From: an uncultured virus (IMG/VR IMGVR_UViG_3300042331_000187)
Lineage: Duplodnaviria > Heunggongvirae > Uroviricota > Caudoviricetes
Reading direction: 5' to 3' (one strand)
Virus record (IMG/VR): IMGVR_UViG_3300042331_000187
DNA: 64,000 bases
Position numbers and translations under genes: made by a program. This document shows, one piece after another, positions 46,429 to 55,844 of the stretch (position 1 is the stretch's first letter; each line of letters opens with the position of its first letter). Under the pieces are notes generated by a model, which made no database searches, was not told where the DNA came from, and was given only the letters and a program-made list of their open reading frames with translations.

Positions 46429-48305
46429 ATCACCTTGAAGGATCGGGCCCGGCGCGGCGCGGGCTGCTGGTCTAAGGCTACTGACGCCGCCAGATCCCTT
46501 GATGCCTGCAGCTGCGCGGCCAGCTTCTCCCACATGCTCGCCTTCGCATAGCGCCTCGACGCCAGCTGCAGCGCCGCATAGGCGTACACCATGCAATCCA
46601 GCGCCTCATTCCGTGCGCTCGGGCTCTTGACCCATTCGCGCACCGGGAATCCCTTCACGTAGCGCAGCTGCTGCTTTTCGCTGGTCACTTGGCTGCACCA
46701 TTCGTCATCACCCGATAGGCCGAAGTGCACATAGCCAGGCCCTGGCTTGTTGTGCCGCAGCCGGCCAAACAGCGTGGTCTTCACCGTGTCGGTGCCCACT
46801 TGATACAGCACCACGCCGCGCTTAATTGTCTTGCCCTTCCAGTTCACATCCTGCGGCGTCCCCTTGTTGACGGGCTGCTGACTGCGGCGGCTGCTGCCCT
46901 TGATCGCCACCACGTATCGATCTCGGCGCTCCCTGGCGTACTGGTACACCTCATGGGTTGCGTGGCCGCCTGAGTCGATCGCCACTTGCGCCAGCCTGAG
47001 CTCTCCGCCACCCTCCACAGGCCAGGCAGTGTCCAGCACGGCATCAAGCTGATCCCATACCTTGGACTGCGTAGGGTCGCCCATGATCTCTTGGTGCCAC
47101 ACCAGCCACGCCTCTTCACCGGCGCCCCAGCCCCACACGCTCACCGCTAAACGGTTGTCCTGCACGTCCACGCCAGCAGTCAGCAGCAACACGCCAGCAG
47201 GGCAGTGCCCCGGTGGGTATTCCTCGCGGCGTGCAGCCAGCCCTGTGGCGCTCAGAGCAGCGGCGTAGTCATCCTCGAACGTCTCGCCCAGCAGCGTGTT
47301 GACAAAGGTCTGCAGCTGCGTGCGGTCGCTCTTCACCTCCAAGAACTCCTGAACCAGCTGGGCCCAGCTGGCGTTCGGGCTGTAGCTGTAGGCCGCCCAG
47401 ATATGGAATCCCGCCAGCCCAGGACGCTTGCTTTCCGCTGTGGCCCGCCACTCACCCCGCTCCACCATCCATCGCTTCTTGCTGTGCGGGATCAGCTGCT
47501 GGCAGTTCTCGCATTCGTAGGCCGCCGTTTCCGGTAGCCCGTTGCCGTCGGCATCCTTCTCCCACTTCATCTGAGTCCACCGCAGCACCTGGTAGTGGTC
47601 ACAGTGCGGGCAGGGCACGAAATACCGCCGCTGATCCGACAGCTCAAACCACTTCTCGATTCGGCTAAACCCTTTCAGGGTTGGCGTGCTGATCAGCCCA
47701 ATCTTTCGATTCCAAAAATACTCCGATCGCTTAATGCCCAGCTTGATCTGATCGCCCTCGGGCGTGCTGGCCGGATATCCGTCCACCTCATCGAACAGCA
47801 CAATGCGCCGGCTGACGCGGCGAAACCCCCTAGCGCTGTTGGCCCCCACCATCTGCAGCGCGGCGCCGTTCTTGAACTGCTTTAGCAGGATGGTGTTGCT
47901 GCCGTCTTTCTGTTTCGGGTCAACGATCAGCGGCTGCAATACAGGCGTATCGCGCAGCATCGGGGCAACCTCATCCTTGCTGTAGCCCTCGGCGTCCTCC
48001 ACCGTTGGCTGCACGATCATCACCGGGCAGGGGTCCTGGTGCGTGTGGTAGCCGATCACATGGTTGAAGATCTTGGTGGCGCCCACCCGCGCCGATTTCT
48101 GCCAGACCACCATCTCCACGGTTGGATCGGTAAACGCATCCATCACCGCACGCTGATACGGCAACGAGTGCCAGCGGCCGGCCTCCGCCGAGCTCTCGGC
48201 GCTGAGCATGGCGTACTCATCGGCCCACTCGCTCAGCCTGAGTTTCCGTGGTGGCCGCCACATCGCCGCACCGGCCCGCAGCAGCGGCAGATCGATCGCG
48301 CTCAC
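46425..48305 (-). CDS. terL: Terminase large subunit, GpA family
   Basis: LSEWADEY, KSARVGATK, FDEVDGYP, ISTPT, CPHC/CENC, GVDVQ, IDSGG, RNEALDC. Confidence 0.95.
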   Translation of the reverse strand: MSAIDLPLLRAGAAMWRPPRKLRLSEWADEYAMLSAESSAEAGRWHSLPYQRAVMDAFTDPTVEMVVWQKSARVGATKIFNHVIGYHTHQDPCPVMIVQPTVEDAEGYSKDEVAPMLRDTPVLQPLIVDPKQKDGSNTILLKQFKNGAALQMVGANSARGFRRVSRRIVLFDEVDGYPASTPEGDQIKLGIKRSEYFWNRKIGLISTPTLKGFSRIEKWFELSDQRRYFVPCPHCDHYQVLRWTQMKWEKDADGNGLPETAAYECENCQQLIPHSKKRWMVERGEWRATAESKRPGLAGFHIWAAYSYSPNASWAQLVQEFLEVKSDRTQLQTFVNTLLGETFEDDYAAALSATGLAARREEYPPGHCPAGVLLLTAGVDVQDNRLAVSVWGWGAGEEAWLVWHQEIMGDPTQSKVWDQLDAVLDTAWPVEGGGELRLAQVAIDSGGHATHEVYQYARERRDRYVVAIKGSSRRSQQPVNKGTPQDVNWKGKTIKRGVVLYQVGTDTVKTTLFGRLRHNKPGPGYVHFGLSGDDEWCSQVTSEKQQLRYVKGFPVREWVKSPSARNEALDCMVYAYAALQLASRRYAKASMWEKLAAQLQASRDLAASVALDQQPAPRRARSFKVI

Positions 48306-48910
48306 AGCTGCACCTGCGCAGGGCAGCCGGCATCCTCCGCCAGCCCTTCCATCGCGTCCCTGATCAGGGCATCAATGATCTCCGCTTCCTCTGCGGTCAG
48401 GTGCGGGATGCGCTGGCGGCACGCTGTCCTGACGCCCAACAACTTGGTCTTGGCGCTGTTGATCAGCTGGGCCCAAGTGTTCACCACGCTTTCACGCTCC
48501 ACTAACTGGCCCTCTTTCTGCCGGCGCTCGATCTCCAGCAGCAGGCTCTTTTCGTATTCCGTCTTTGCTCGGCTTTCGTTGTAGTCCGGCACCTCGGCAT
48601 TGGTGGTGCGCGGACGATCAGCTGGGCGATGCTGCTGTGGAGCGCGCTCAGCTGCTGAGACCAAAGCCGGCTTTGAGCGCCTGCTACGGGCGGCTACACG
48701 GCCGGCCTCCTTGCCACCGCCACCAGCGCGAGGCCTGACCTTGGCCGCGTACTCCTCGGTGAACGACGCCGCATCCTTGACGCCGATCGCCCTGCCATTT
48801 GGATCGCGCACCACGCAATCAGTCAATACCCCCCGTTTCACGAGGTCGCAGACCGCTTGCCGAGATTTCCCGACAATCGCCGCAGCTGCCGACCAATTCA
48901 GTGGATCCAT
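48302..48910 (-). CDS. terS: Terminase small subunit, Nu1-like
   Basis: N-terminal HTH; YNESRAKTE...EGQLVERE; upstream of GpA. Confidence 0.85.
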   Translation of the reverse strand: MDPLNWSAAAAIVGKSRQAVCDLVKRGVLTDCVVRDPNGRAIGVKDAASFTEEYAAKVRPRAGGGGKEAGRVAARSRRSKPALVSAAERAPQQHRPADRPRTTNAEVPDYNESRAKTEYEKSLLLEIERRQKEGQLVERESVVNTWAQLINSAKTKLLGVRTACRQRIPHLTAEEAEIIDALIRDAMEGLAEDAGCPAQVQL

Positions 48911-49032
48911 GCAAGAAATCTACGCAAGATTGGCGCTGATCTTGCGCAAGTGCATAGCAGGCAGCGACCAGCCGGGGGAGGATTCTCAATAGTGGCAAGA
49001 ATTGTTTGGCCTGATACCAAGCCAAACCGAAC

Positions 49033-49074
49033 GCGGCGGAACCTAACCGCTTGGCTTAGGCGCCAGGAGGACCC
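49033..49074 (-). other. Putative cos site (cosQ-like plus cosN-like)
   Basis: GGGTCCT, then GCG-GTTAGGTTCCGC-CGC, upstream of terS as in lambda. Confidence 0.55.
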
Positions 49075-49157
49075 GCAATCCCTTGGTATAACTAGGTTTC
49101 TCAATAAACCGGCTTGCTGACTCTCAACTAGCTGCCCGGCTGATTCTCAATAGCGCT

Positions 49158-49904
49158 TCATCTGAACCCCGCCCTCGTCAGCTCAGCCCTGAGCTGCGCC
49201 GTGATCTCCCCAGGCCACACCACCTGAGCCGACCGCTGCAGGTCGCCGGTGAGGTCGTAGGTGCTCTGGCGGATCTTGGGCTGTGGCTCCAGGGTGAACC
49301 GCATCTGAGTGCCTTGGAAACTGCCGTAGCGGCCACGGCCAGGCTTGCCGGTCCGCTCAAAGATCCCCATGCGCCCCGCCGGGCCCTTGATCGGGATGAT
49401 GAAGAACCGCCCGGCGCCCCGGTTGTACTGGCGACCGTTGCGGATGACAGAGGCGGATGCCAGCGCCTTGCTGAAGGCAGCGCGGCTCACGTTGCCCTTG
49501 CTGTCCTTGCGCTGCGCAGGCGTTGGCACGATGGTGAGCCCTGAGCCACCGGCGAGGGCGGCAGCTTTGAGGTCTACGCCCTTGGTGCGCGGCGGCCCAC
49601 CACGAGTCATCGTGGAGATGTAGCGACCGGCTGCGCGGGGCCGATCCGATCGCAGGCCCACCTCGGCGTTGAGGTTGTTGGGTGATGGCCGCTGAGTGTA
49701 GGTGCCGCCGATGGTCCAGCGTGTGGCGCCGCCCTCAATGGGGCCGCCTGAGCTCTTGGCCAAGTCTTGCTTCAGCTGCTTCTCAGCAGCTCGCACAGTG
49801 GCCGCCATGGCGCGGCCTGTGGCGTAGCGGATGTTCTTCTCGGTGAGCAGGGCGAATCGATCGATTGCCTTGGTGTCGATTGTCAGCTTCAGCTCCAACA
49901 TCAC
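49158..49904 (-). CDS. Hypothetical basic phage protein (possible tail completion)
   Basis: 248-aa ORF; family not confidently recognised. Confidence 0.6.
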   Translation of the reverse strand: MMLELKLTIDTKAIDRFALLTEKNIRYATGRAMAATVRAAEKQLKQDLAKSSGGPIEGGATRWTIGGTYTQRPSPNNLNAEVGLRSDRPRAAGRYISTMTRGGPPRTKGVDLKAAALAGGSGLTIVPTPAQRKDSKGNVSRAAFSKALASASVIRNGRQYNRGAGRFFIIPIKGPAGRMGIFERTGKPGRGRYGSFQGTQMRFTLEPQPKIRQSTYDLTGDLQRSAQVVWPGEITAQLRAELTRAGFR

Positions 49905-50248
49905 CCCTCATCCTCTCCCACTGCCAGCAGCTCCTCCAGCTCCATCCGCTGCAGCTCCAGATCAGTCGGCAGATCCCAGGCGGCGAACTCTTCAGGGTCA
50001 GCAGCGCTGACAACAGTCAGGCAGCCGATGGAATTCCACGACGACACCCAGTTAAGGATCAGCTCCTGCCACCAGGCCAGCCACGGTGTCGAGCGGTCTA
50101 GCAGGTGCCAAGGAGTGGCGGCGCGCTTCACGGTGGCAGGGCATCTGCGCACAGTCTGCCAGCAGGCATGAAAAACCCCCGCCTGCCAGGGCGAGGGTTG
50201 GGGTCCACTCGATGCGCCATGCACCGAGGGCAGTGTAGGGGATGGCCG

Positions 50249-50746
50249 TCAGGTGGCGGCCAGCTGGCGGCGCTGGGCAGGCTGCTGAGCCTCGCTAGTA
50301 AAACCCTGATAGCCGTACTTGGCGGCCAGCGTCTCCAGCCCGCCGGGGTTGCTGCGGCTCTTGCCGCACCATGCGGGCTTCCAGTACCAGCAGCTGCGGC
50401 CGGAGTGCCAGCGGCACTGCTGAGCCTTGAGCTGATCCTTGACGGGCTTGGTGTCACCCTGCACCCAGATCCAGTAGCCGATCAGGCTGATCTCCAGGTT
50501 GGGGATCTTGAGCAGTTCAGCGATCACATCCATGATCTCTTGCTCCGACTTGGCGTTGTACTTGTAGGTGCGGCCGTCGTTGGTCTTGCCGTTTTGGCCA
50601 CTCAGGGCAGCGTGGTAGGCGGCATTGATCGCCTTTATGGTCTCCAGGTCGCCGCCGAGGTCGGGGTGGTGCTGGCGGGCGAGATCGCGGTAGGCGCGCT
50701 TGATTTCTTCAGGGGTGCTGAGGCCGGCGAAGTAGGTGGCGGTCAT
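50249..50746 (-). CDS. DnaJ (J-domain) protein
   Basis: EEIKRAYRDLARQHHPDLGG..KAINAAY. Confidence 0.88.
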   Translation of the reverse strand: MTATYFAGLSTPEEIKRAYRDLARQHHPDLGGDLETIKAINAAYHAALSGQNGKTNDGRTYKYNAKSEQEIMDVIAELLKIPNLEISLIGYWIWVQGDTKPVKDQLKAQQCRWHSGRSCWYWKPAWCGKSRSNPGGLETLAAKYGYQGFTSEAQQPAQRRQLAAT

Positions 50747-50835
50747 GGCTGGCTGGCGAGTGGTGGAGGGGCTTGCCTCCGATGCACATACCTTAGCGCG
50801 TGCCTTACGGTGTGGCGACCATCAGGGCGGCCAGT

Positions 50836-51057
50836 TCACAATCTGTCACGCTTGCGGCGCTGAGCGCGTCTGACCCGTTCGGAGTGGGCCGCCTTGCCCT
50901 CTCGCGTGGTGCGCTCCCAGCAGATGGCGCACAGGGCGCCATGGGCGCCACGGTGGACCTTGCCGCAGGCAGTGCAGCAGGGGCGCTCCACAGGCGGCAG
51001 GCGGCCGGCCTGGCGTTCCCTCCAGCGGCGCTGGTGTTCGGCATTGGTGAGGGCCAT
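50836..51057 (-). CDS. Small Zn-finger protein
   Basis: MALTNAEHQRRWRER; CTAC..CAIC. Confidence 0.65.
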   Translation of the reverse strand: MALTNAEHQRRWRERQAGRLPPVERPCCTACGKVHRGAHGALCAICWERTTREGKAAHSERVRRAQRRKRDRL

Positions 51058-51485
51058 CAGGCGGTTATGGGGTGGCCGCGGCGGTGAGCAGGTTGGCTGG
51101 GCTTGCGTGGGGGCTCAATGCGCATCTCTTCGACGACCGCCTTCCATGCGGCGATGCGATCAGGCGCCATGGGCTGGCCGGCCTGCAGCGCGGCGAACTC
51201 GGCGTCCCATTGCTTGGCGTAGGCCTTGGCGCGCTCCATGTTGCCGTGGCAGCTGCCCATGGCTAGGCCGCTGTTGATGTGGGTCAAATTCCACAGGCCT
51301 TGCACCTGCTTGAAGTAGGGCTGGTCGTCGTCACCATGAAAGCCGACGGGCTTGTGGATGGCGATCCCTTTGCCGGCCCATGCCGGGGTGATTTCAATGG
51401 TGTCTTCGTAGCTGCCCCAGCGAGTGCCGGGGCCGGAAGCATGGCATCGATTGCGCTGGAAACGGAGCTTGACGTTGCGGGGCAT
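51057..51485 (-). CDS. Hypothetical protein
   Basis: WNLTHINSG motif; coupled to next gene. Confidence 0.65.
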   Translation of the reverse strand: MPRNVKLRFQRNRCHASGPGTRWGSYEDTIEITPAWAGKGIAIHKPVGFHGDDDQPYFKQVQGLWNLTHINSGLAMGSCHGNMERAKAYAKQWDAEFAALQAGQPMAPDRIAAWKAVVEEMRIEPPRKPSQPAHRRGHPITA

Positions 51486-51546
51486 GGCGGGATGGATAGC
51501 GGTGGAGTGGTTGCCGGGGTGAGCCCCCGGCGGGCGTGGGTGGCTG

Positions 51547-51732
51547 TCAGGCGGCGGTGCTGAAAGTTCCGTTTTCGTAGCCGATGATGATGTAGGTACG
51601 GCGGCCGCGGGGGCGCTTGCAGGTGTAGCTGACGCGATTACGGCCGTTGAAGGTGTAGGTGCTGGCCTTGAGAACGTCGTACAGGATGCCGTCTTTGCAT
51701 GTGACTTGGGGAAGGGTCGCGGAAGGGGTCAT
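51547..51732 (-). CDS. Hypothetical protein
   Basis: Follows a duplicated promoter/leader. Confidence 0.6.
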   Translation of the reverse strand: MTPSATLPQVTCKDGILYDVLKASTYTFNGRNRVSYTCKRPRGRRTYIIIGYENGTFSTAA

Positions 51733-51830
51733 GGCTGGCGGCGAGTGGCGGAGCGCCTCGGCTCCTGTCCCCATAGCTTAGCGCGTGCCTTATGGCCTGG
51801 GGTGGCCATGAGTGGCCGGTTAACCGATCG

Positions 51831-52154
51831 TCACACTTCGCCCAGCAGTTCGCGGAACTGCTCCAGGCTCATCACCACAAACTGATCGGCCGCGGCCGTG
51901 CTGCCCTTGCGCTTCACCACCAGGGCATGGAGGCGCTTGCCGGCGTTGGCCTGCTGCTCCATCGCATCGCGCAGCCAGGCGCCGAGGGACAGGGTGCGGC
52001 AGCACTTCGCCTGAATTGCGCAGCTCGGTGTCCACAGGTCGCCGCGGTCAAGGGTGGCGCCGGCAGGGATGCGCTCGCAGGGCATGCGCTCGGCCAGGTA
52101 GTCAGCGATCAGCCGCTCAAAGGCGCTGCCCTTGCGTTTCTGGGGGTTGGCCAT
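51831..52154 (-). CDS. Holliday junction resolvase-like PD-(D/E)xK nuclease
   Basis: KRKGSAFER..DRGDL..IQAK. Confidence 0.8.
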   Translation of the reverse strand: MANPQKRKGSAFERLIADYLAERMPCERIPAGATLDRGDLWTPSCAIQAKCCRTLSLGAWLRDAMEQQANAGKRLHALVVKRKGSTAAADQFVVMSLEQFRELLGEV

Positions 52155-52157
52155 GGA

Positions 52158-52544
52158 TCAAGCGCCGAGACGTGCGGCGAGTCGCTGCAGAGCAGTCTGA
52201 GGGCAGCAGCTGCTCTCCACCTCGCTGCCGTCGGGCAGATAGATCGCGTTGCGCTGGTACGGCTCCAGCGTGAGGGGCGGGCTGTAGCTGGGGATAGGCA
52301 GCGGCGGCACCCACTCGCGGCGCCACCAGGCCACCACAACGCCACCCAGCAGCACTGCACGCTGAGCCTCGCCGGGGTGGGCCTGCGGGTCGGTGCGGGG
52401 CAGCCAGTCGCCGAACGTGAACGGGCAGGGCCGCAGGGGCGCCGCTGCGGGGGCTGCAAGCGATGGGGCGGGTGTGGGCACCGGCGGAGTGGTCGAGGCG
52501 CCTTCCTGGGCCACGGCGGCGCGCAGCTGCTGCAAGACGTTCAC
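52158..52544 (-). CDS. Hypothetical protein
   Basis: 128-aa ORF in operon. Confidence 0.55.
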   Translation of the reverse strand: MNVLQQLRAAVAQEGASTTPPVPTPAPSLAAPAAAPLRPCPFTFGDWLPRTDPQAHPGEAQRAVLLGGVVVAWWRREWVPPLPIPSYSPPLTLEPYQRNAIYLPDGSEVESSCCPQTALQRLAARLGA

Positions 52545-52625
52545 GGCATGGCGGCGGGTAGGGGCATCCTACCGGCAGATGCACCCATCAGCACCAAACA
52601 GCCGGATTTCGGAGGGTTGAAGTGG

Positions 52626-53010
52626 TTTTGGGACATTTGGGACATTTGGGACAGCGCTGTCCCAAAGCAGAAACCGCACTAGCACTAGCAGGTTGGCTGT
52701 GTTTTGGGACATTGGGACGCCTCTAGGGACATTTCCATCCATACCCATAGGACTAGGTACTAATACTTAAATAAATAATAGAAAAGGTATTTTCTTAGGG
52801 GCTGTCCCAAAGTCCCAAAACCTGCCCAGATCCGTTGCGCCGCAGTCGATTTGCTCTGGGACACTTCTGTCCCAAACTGTCCCAAATGTCCCAAAAACGC
52901 TGCAGTGCCGCCCATGCCAGCACCCTCCCCAGCGCCTGAAACTGCAGCCAGGGACAGGCCTGCCGCTACATGGGACAGCCGGGCAGCAGCTTTGGGACGT
53001 GTCCCAAAAG
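52626..53010. repeat. Putative replication origin: GGGACA/TGTCCC iterons around an AT-rich core
   Basis: More than 15 (T)GGGAC(A) copies in both orientations; AT tract about 52760-52797; next to primase gene. Confidence 0.8.
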
Positions 53011-53084
53011 GGCGTCAGCTCAGCTGACACCCTCAGTTGAAATGAGGGTGGCCGGGATCTCCGGCCACGGTGCAGCAGTGCGTC

Positions 53085-55622
53085 TCAGTCGCCAGGGGGC
53101 ACCCACTCCACGGCCTTGCCCTTGCGGATTACCTGCCCGCAATCCGGGGTCTCGGCCACGACGGACAGCAGCCAGGTGCGCACCTCAGCGGCAGGGGTGC
53201 GGCGCGCCGGTAGGCACCATGCCCTGATCTGCGCTTGAGGCACGGGCCGGCTGCCGTGACTGCGGCGCCACTCGCGGCCCTTGTCGAGCAGCCGCTTGAT
53301 CGCCCCACCGGCACCTGTTCGCACCGGGCCGAGCACCTTGTCCCGCTCACGGGCGAAGAGGGCCGTGAAGATGATCGCGGCGCGGATCACGTCTTCAGGG
53401 ATGGGGGTGTTCAGGCTCAGCCCTGCAGAGGCCTGCCTGATCGCGTGAATGGCCAGGGCAATGCGGAGGGTGGCGCCGCGCTGCTTGCCCCAGTACTGCC
53501 GGTCAGATGGATCGCTGGCGGCGAACTTGAACGACTCCGCCTGTCTGACCCACTGCACCATCGTGGCCTTGGCATCCTCGGCCACGGTGATGATGATCGG
53601 CTCGCCATCTTCGCCGATGGGCAGCTTTGATGCGGCCGCGTCCACCTGCTTGTAGAGGTTGGTGATCGCGGGGGCGATTAGTACGGTCGAGTCCTGATAG
53701 TCATAGGCCCACTCGCCTAGGTCGAACATCAGGAAGCGGCTCCACAGTCCATCAGCGTCCGCCATGCCCTCATTGGCATCGGCGTCCGCTTTCCACAGGC
53801 CTTCGAGGCGTGCCGGCTGCAAGCTGCCGAACAGGGAGACGGCAGGGTTAGGCACGAAGATCGAATCGCGCCCCACCCGGTCGGTGATGATCTGCTCCCC
53901 GGGGTATAGGCTGAGCCACTTCGCCCGATCGCTGCGGTTCGGTGCGCGGCACAACTGGCTGAACCACCCAGCGAGCTCATCGTGCACGGCCAGCAGCCCC
54001 GGGTTGGATCCGTTGCTGAGGATCATCTCGATCCGCTCAAAGGTGGCATCGCTGACCAGCAGGTGCCGCAGCTCAGGTTGAGGGTTCTCCGCCAGGAACT
54101 GGGCCATGGGATCACCACCGGCGCCACCTGACTCAGAGGCCGCAGCCTTCGCCTCGCGCTCCGCCTGGGCCCGGCGATGCTTCCAGTCCGAGAGGGCATC
54201 AGCGTGCCGCTTGCGTTCTTGCGCCTGCCACGGCTTGAACGCCTGCATGGTGGTCGGGCCGGAGGTTGGCGACTTACCGGAGCTGGCGGTAGCGATGTTG
54301 GCACCCCATAGCACACAGGCCTCCTTCCATGCGTGGGTGGGCGTCATGGCCACCCTGGCCCGGTTGCCGATGACAGAGCACACGCTGCAGAGGATCGGCA
54401 GCAGGAAACCGCAGGGCTTGAGGGTCTGCTCCTTGGCGTAAGTGTTGATGAAGCTGGCCAGGCCAGGCGGGAATGCCAGATCGATCGATGCCAGCTCAGC
54501 GGCCGCGGCCACGTCGCGGTAGTTGCGGATCTCAACCGCGAGCTCTTGGCGCTCGATGTCGTCGCCCTCCTCATCCGGCTCCAACTGCCACGGCGGCAGC
54601 TCCACCGGCGCATCAGGCGGGATGAACTGCTCGCCGTTGAGGGGTGGGGTTGGTGGGTCAGGCTTCGGCTTGGGCTTGTCGATCACGAACAGCGAGCGCT
54701 CGCCGAAGCTGTCGTGATCCTCGGTGCGGACATAACCCCAGGTGCGGCCATCGTGGCCGGTGACCGTCTCGCCCTTTTTGCTGCAATCAGGGGCTGATTT
54801 CGTCTCGCCGTGGCAACACCAGACCGAATCGCCGTCCTGATGGATGCTGCAGGCGCCGGAGTGGTCGCGGCCGCACATCGGGCATGGCTGCCGCTGACTG
54901 CTGTTGCGCCAGGTGCCGGATGCGCCGCTGTAGCTGCGCGGGCCGCGGGTGGACTGAGGCGAGATTGAGCGTCGTGTTTTCGGCCGCAGTGGTCGATCGC
55001 CGCAGAAGACGCCCTGCAGCAGCGCGAACCATTCAGCCGGCAGCGGCTGCGCATCGGCAGGTGGCCGGCCAGCCCAGGCATACTGATCGTCGTTGTCGGT
55101 GAAGTGAGATTCCTTCGTGTAGTGCTGGCCCAGCACCACCACCTGAGTGCCGTGCTTAGCAAAGACGGCAAACTCCTCGCCCTTGTCATCGGGCCCACCT
55201 TCGCCAATGCCGACCTTCACAGTCTTCCCGCCGGCGGCAAGGATGGCCTTCTGCTCAGCGGTGACGGTGTAGACCAGCTTCAGCCGGTCGCTGTTGCCGG
55301 TGCGCACGATGCGCCAGGTGTCGGCTGTGTACGGCTCGCAGCCATGCTGCTGGCAGAACGCCGCGGCCCTCGGCCCGTCAATGTCGATGGCGATGTGGCC
55401 AGGGGCGGCGCCGATGTGCCAGCAAACGCATTCAGGCGCCGTGGTCTGTAGCTCGGCCACGGGCACGCCGGCATGGTTCTCCCAGCCGTCACCAACGAGT
55501 GGCCGTTTGTCAGGCGCGCCAGGGAGCAACGGCCCGAAACTGGCGAGCATCGGCAGGCGTTCTAGGCGCCAGCGATCGGGCCCATAGGGGCCTGCCGCAG
55601 CGGCGGCTTGAGGTGTCTGCAC
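53085..55622 (-). CDS. Primase-polymerase/helicase replication protein (DUF3987-like C-terminus)
   Basis: N-terminal IAIDIDG; CPMCG..C..C Zn finger; ASSGKSP, DATFERI, HDELAGW, GSLQP, DGLWSRF. Confidence 0.85.
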   Translation of the reverse strand: MQTPQAAAAAGPYGPDRWRLERLPMLASFGPLLPGAPDKRPLVGDGWENHAGVPVAELQTTAPECVCWHIGAAPGHIAIDIDGPRAAAFCQQHGCEPYTADTWRIVRTGNSDRLKLVYTVTAEQKAILAAGGKTVKVGIGEGGPDDKGEEFAVFAKHGTQVVVLGQHYTKESHFTDNDDQYAWAGRPPADAQPLPAEWFALLQGVFCGDRPLRPKTRRSISPQSTRGPRSYSGASGTWRNSSQRQPCPMCGRDHSGACSIHQDGDSVWCCHGETKSAPDCSKKGETVTGHDGRTWGYVRTEDHDSFGERSLFVIDKPKPKPDPPTPPLNGEQFIPPDAPVELPPWQLEPDEEGDDIERQELAVEIRNYRDVAAAAELASIDLAFPPGLASFINTYAKEQTLKPCGFLLPILCSVCSVIGNRARVAMTPTHAWKEACVLWGANIATASSGKSPTSGPTTMQAFKPWQAQERKRHADALSDWKHRRAQAEREAKAAASESGGAGGDPMAQFLAENPQPELRHLLVSDATFERIEMILSNGSNPGLLAVHDELAGWFSQLCRAPNRSDRAKWLSLYPGEQIITDRVGRDSIFVPNPAVSLFGSLQPARLEGLWKADADANEGMADADGLWSRFLMFDLGEWAYDYQDSTVLIAPAITNLYKQVDAAASKLPIGEDGEPIIITVAEDAKATMVQWVRQAESFKFAASDPSDRQYWGKQRGATLRIALAIHAIRQASAGLSLNTPIPEDVIRAAIIFTALFARERDKVLGPVRTGAGGAIKRLLDKGREWRRSHGSRPVPQAQIRAWCLPARRTPAAEVRTWLLSVVAETPDCGQVIRKGKAVEWVPPGD

Positions 55623-55625
55623 GGT

Positions 55626-55790
55626 TCACGCCTTGGCGGCGAGGGCCTTGTCTGCCTGCTCGATCAGCATGCGGACAACGGCGCTGCGGGTGTCAACCCC
55701 GGCCGTGGCGGCGGCGATGCGGTCAAGAGCCTCGACGTGCCATGGCTTGACCATGACGTTGAGGGGGGTGCTGCGGGCTGCGGGCGGCAT
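55626..55790 (-). CDS. Small ribbon-helix-helix-like regulator (54 aa)
   Basis: Read from sequence: PLNVMVKPWHVEALDRIA...TRSAVVRMLIEQA. Confidence 0.6.
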   Translation of the reverse strand: MPPAARSTPLNVMVKPWHVEALDRIAAATAGVDTRSAVVRMLIEQADKALAAKA

Positions 55791-55844
55791 ATGGTAGGGT
55801 TGCGCATAGGTTGTAGAACCTTAGCATACGCACCACCAGCCGCC

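Noticed and set aside
14203..49623. Numerous plus-strand ORFs opposite the structural genes
   Set aside because: Antisense shadows expected in GC-rich coding DNA, with no motifs; the RHH gene at 46261 is the exception
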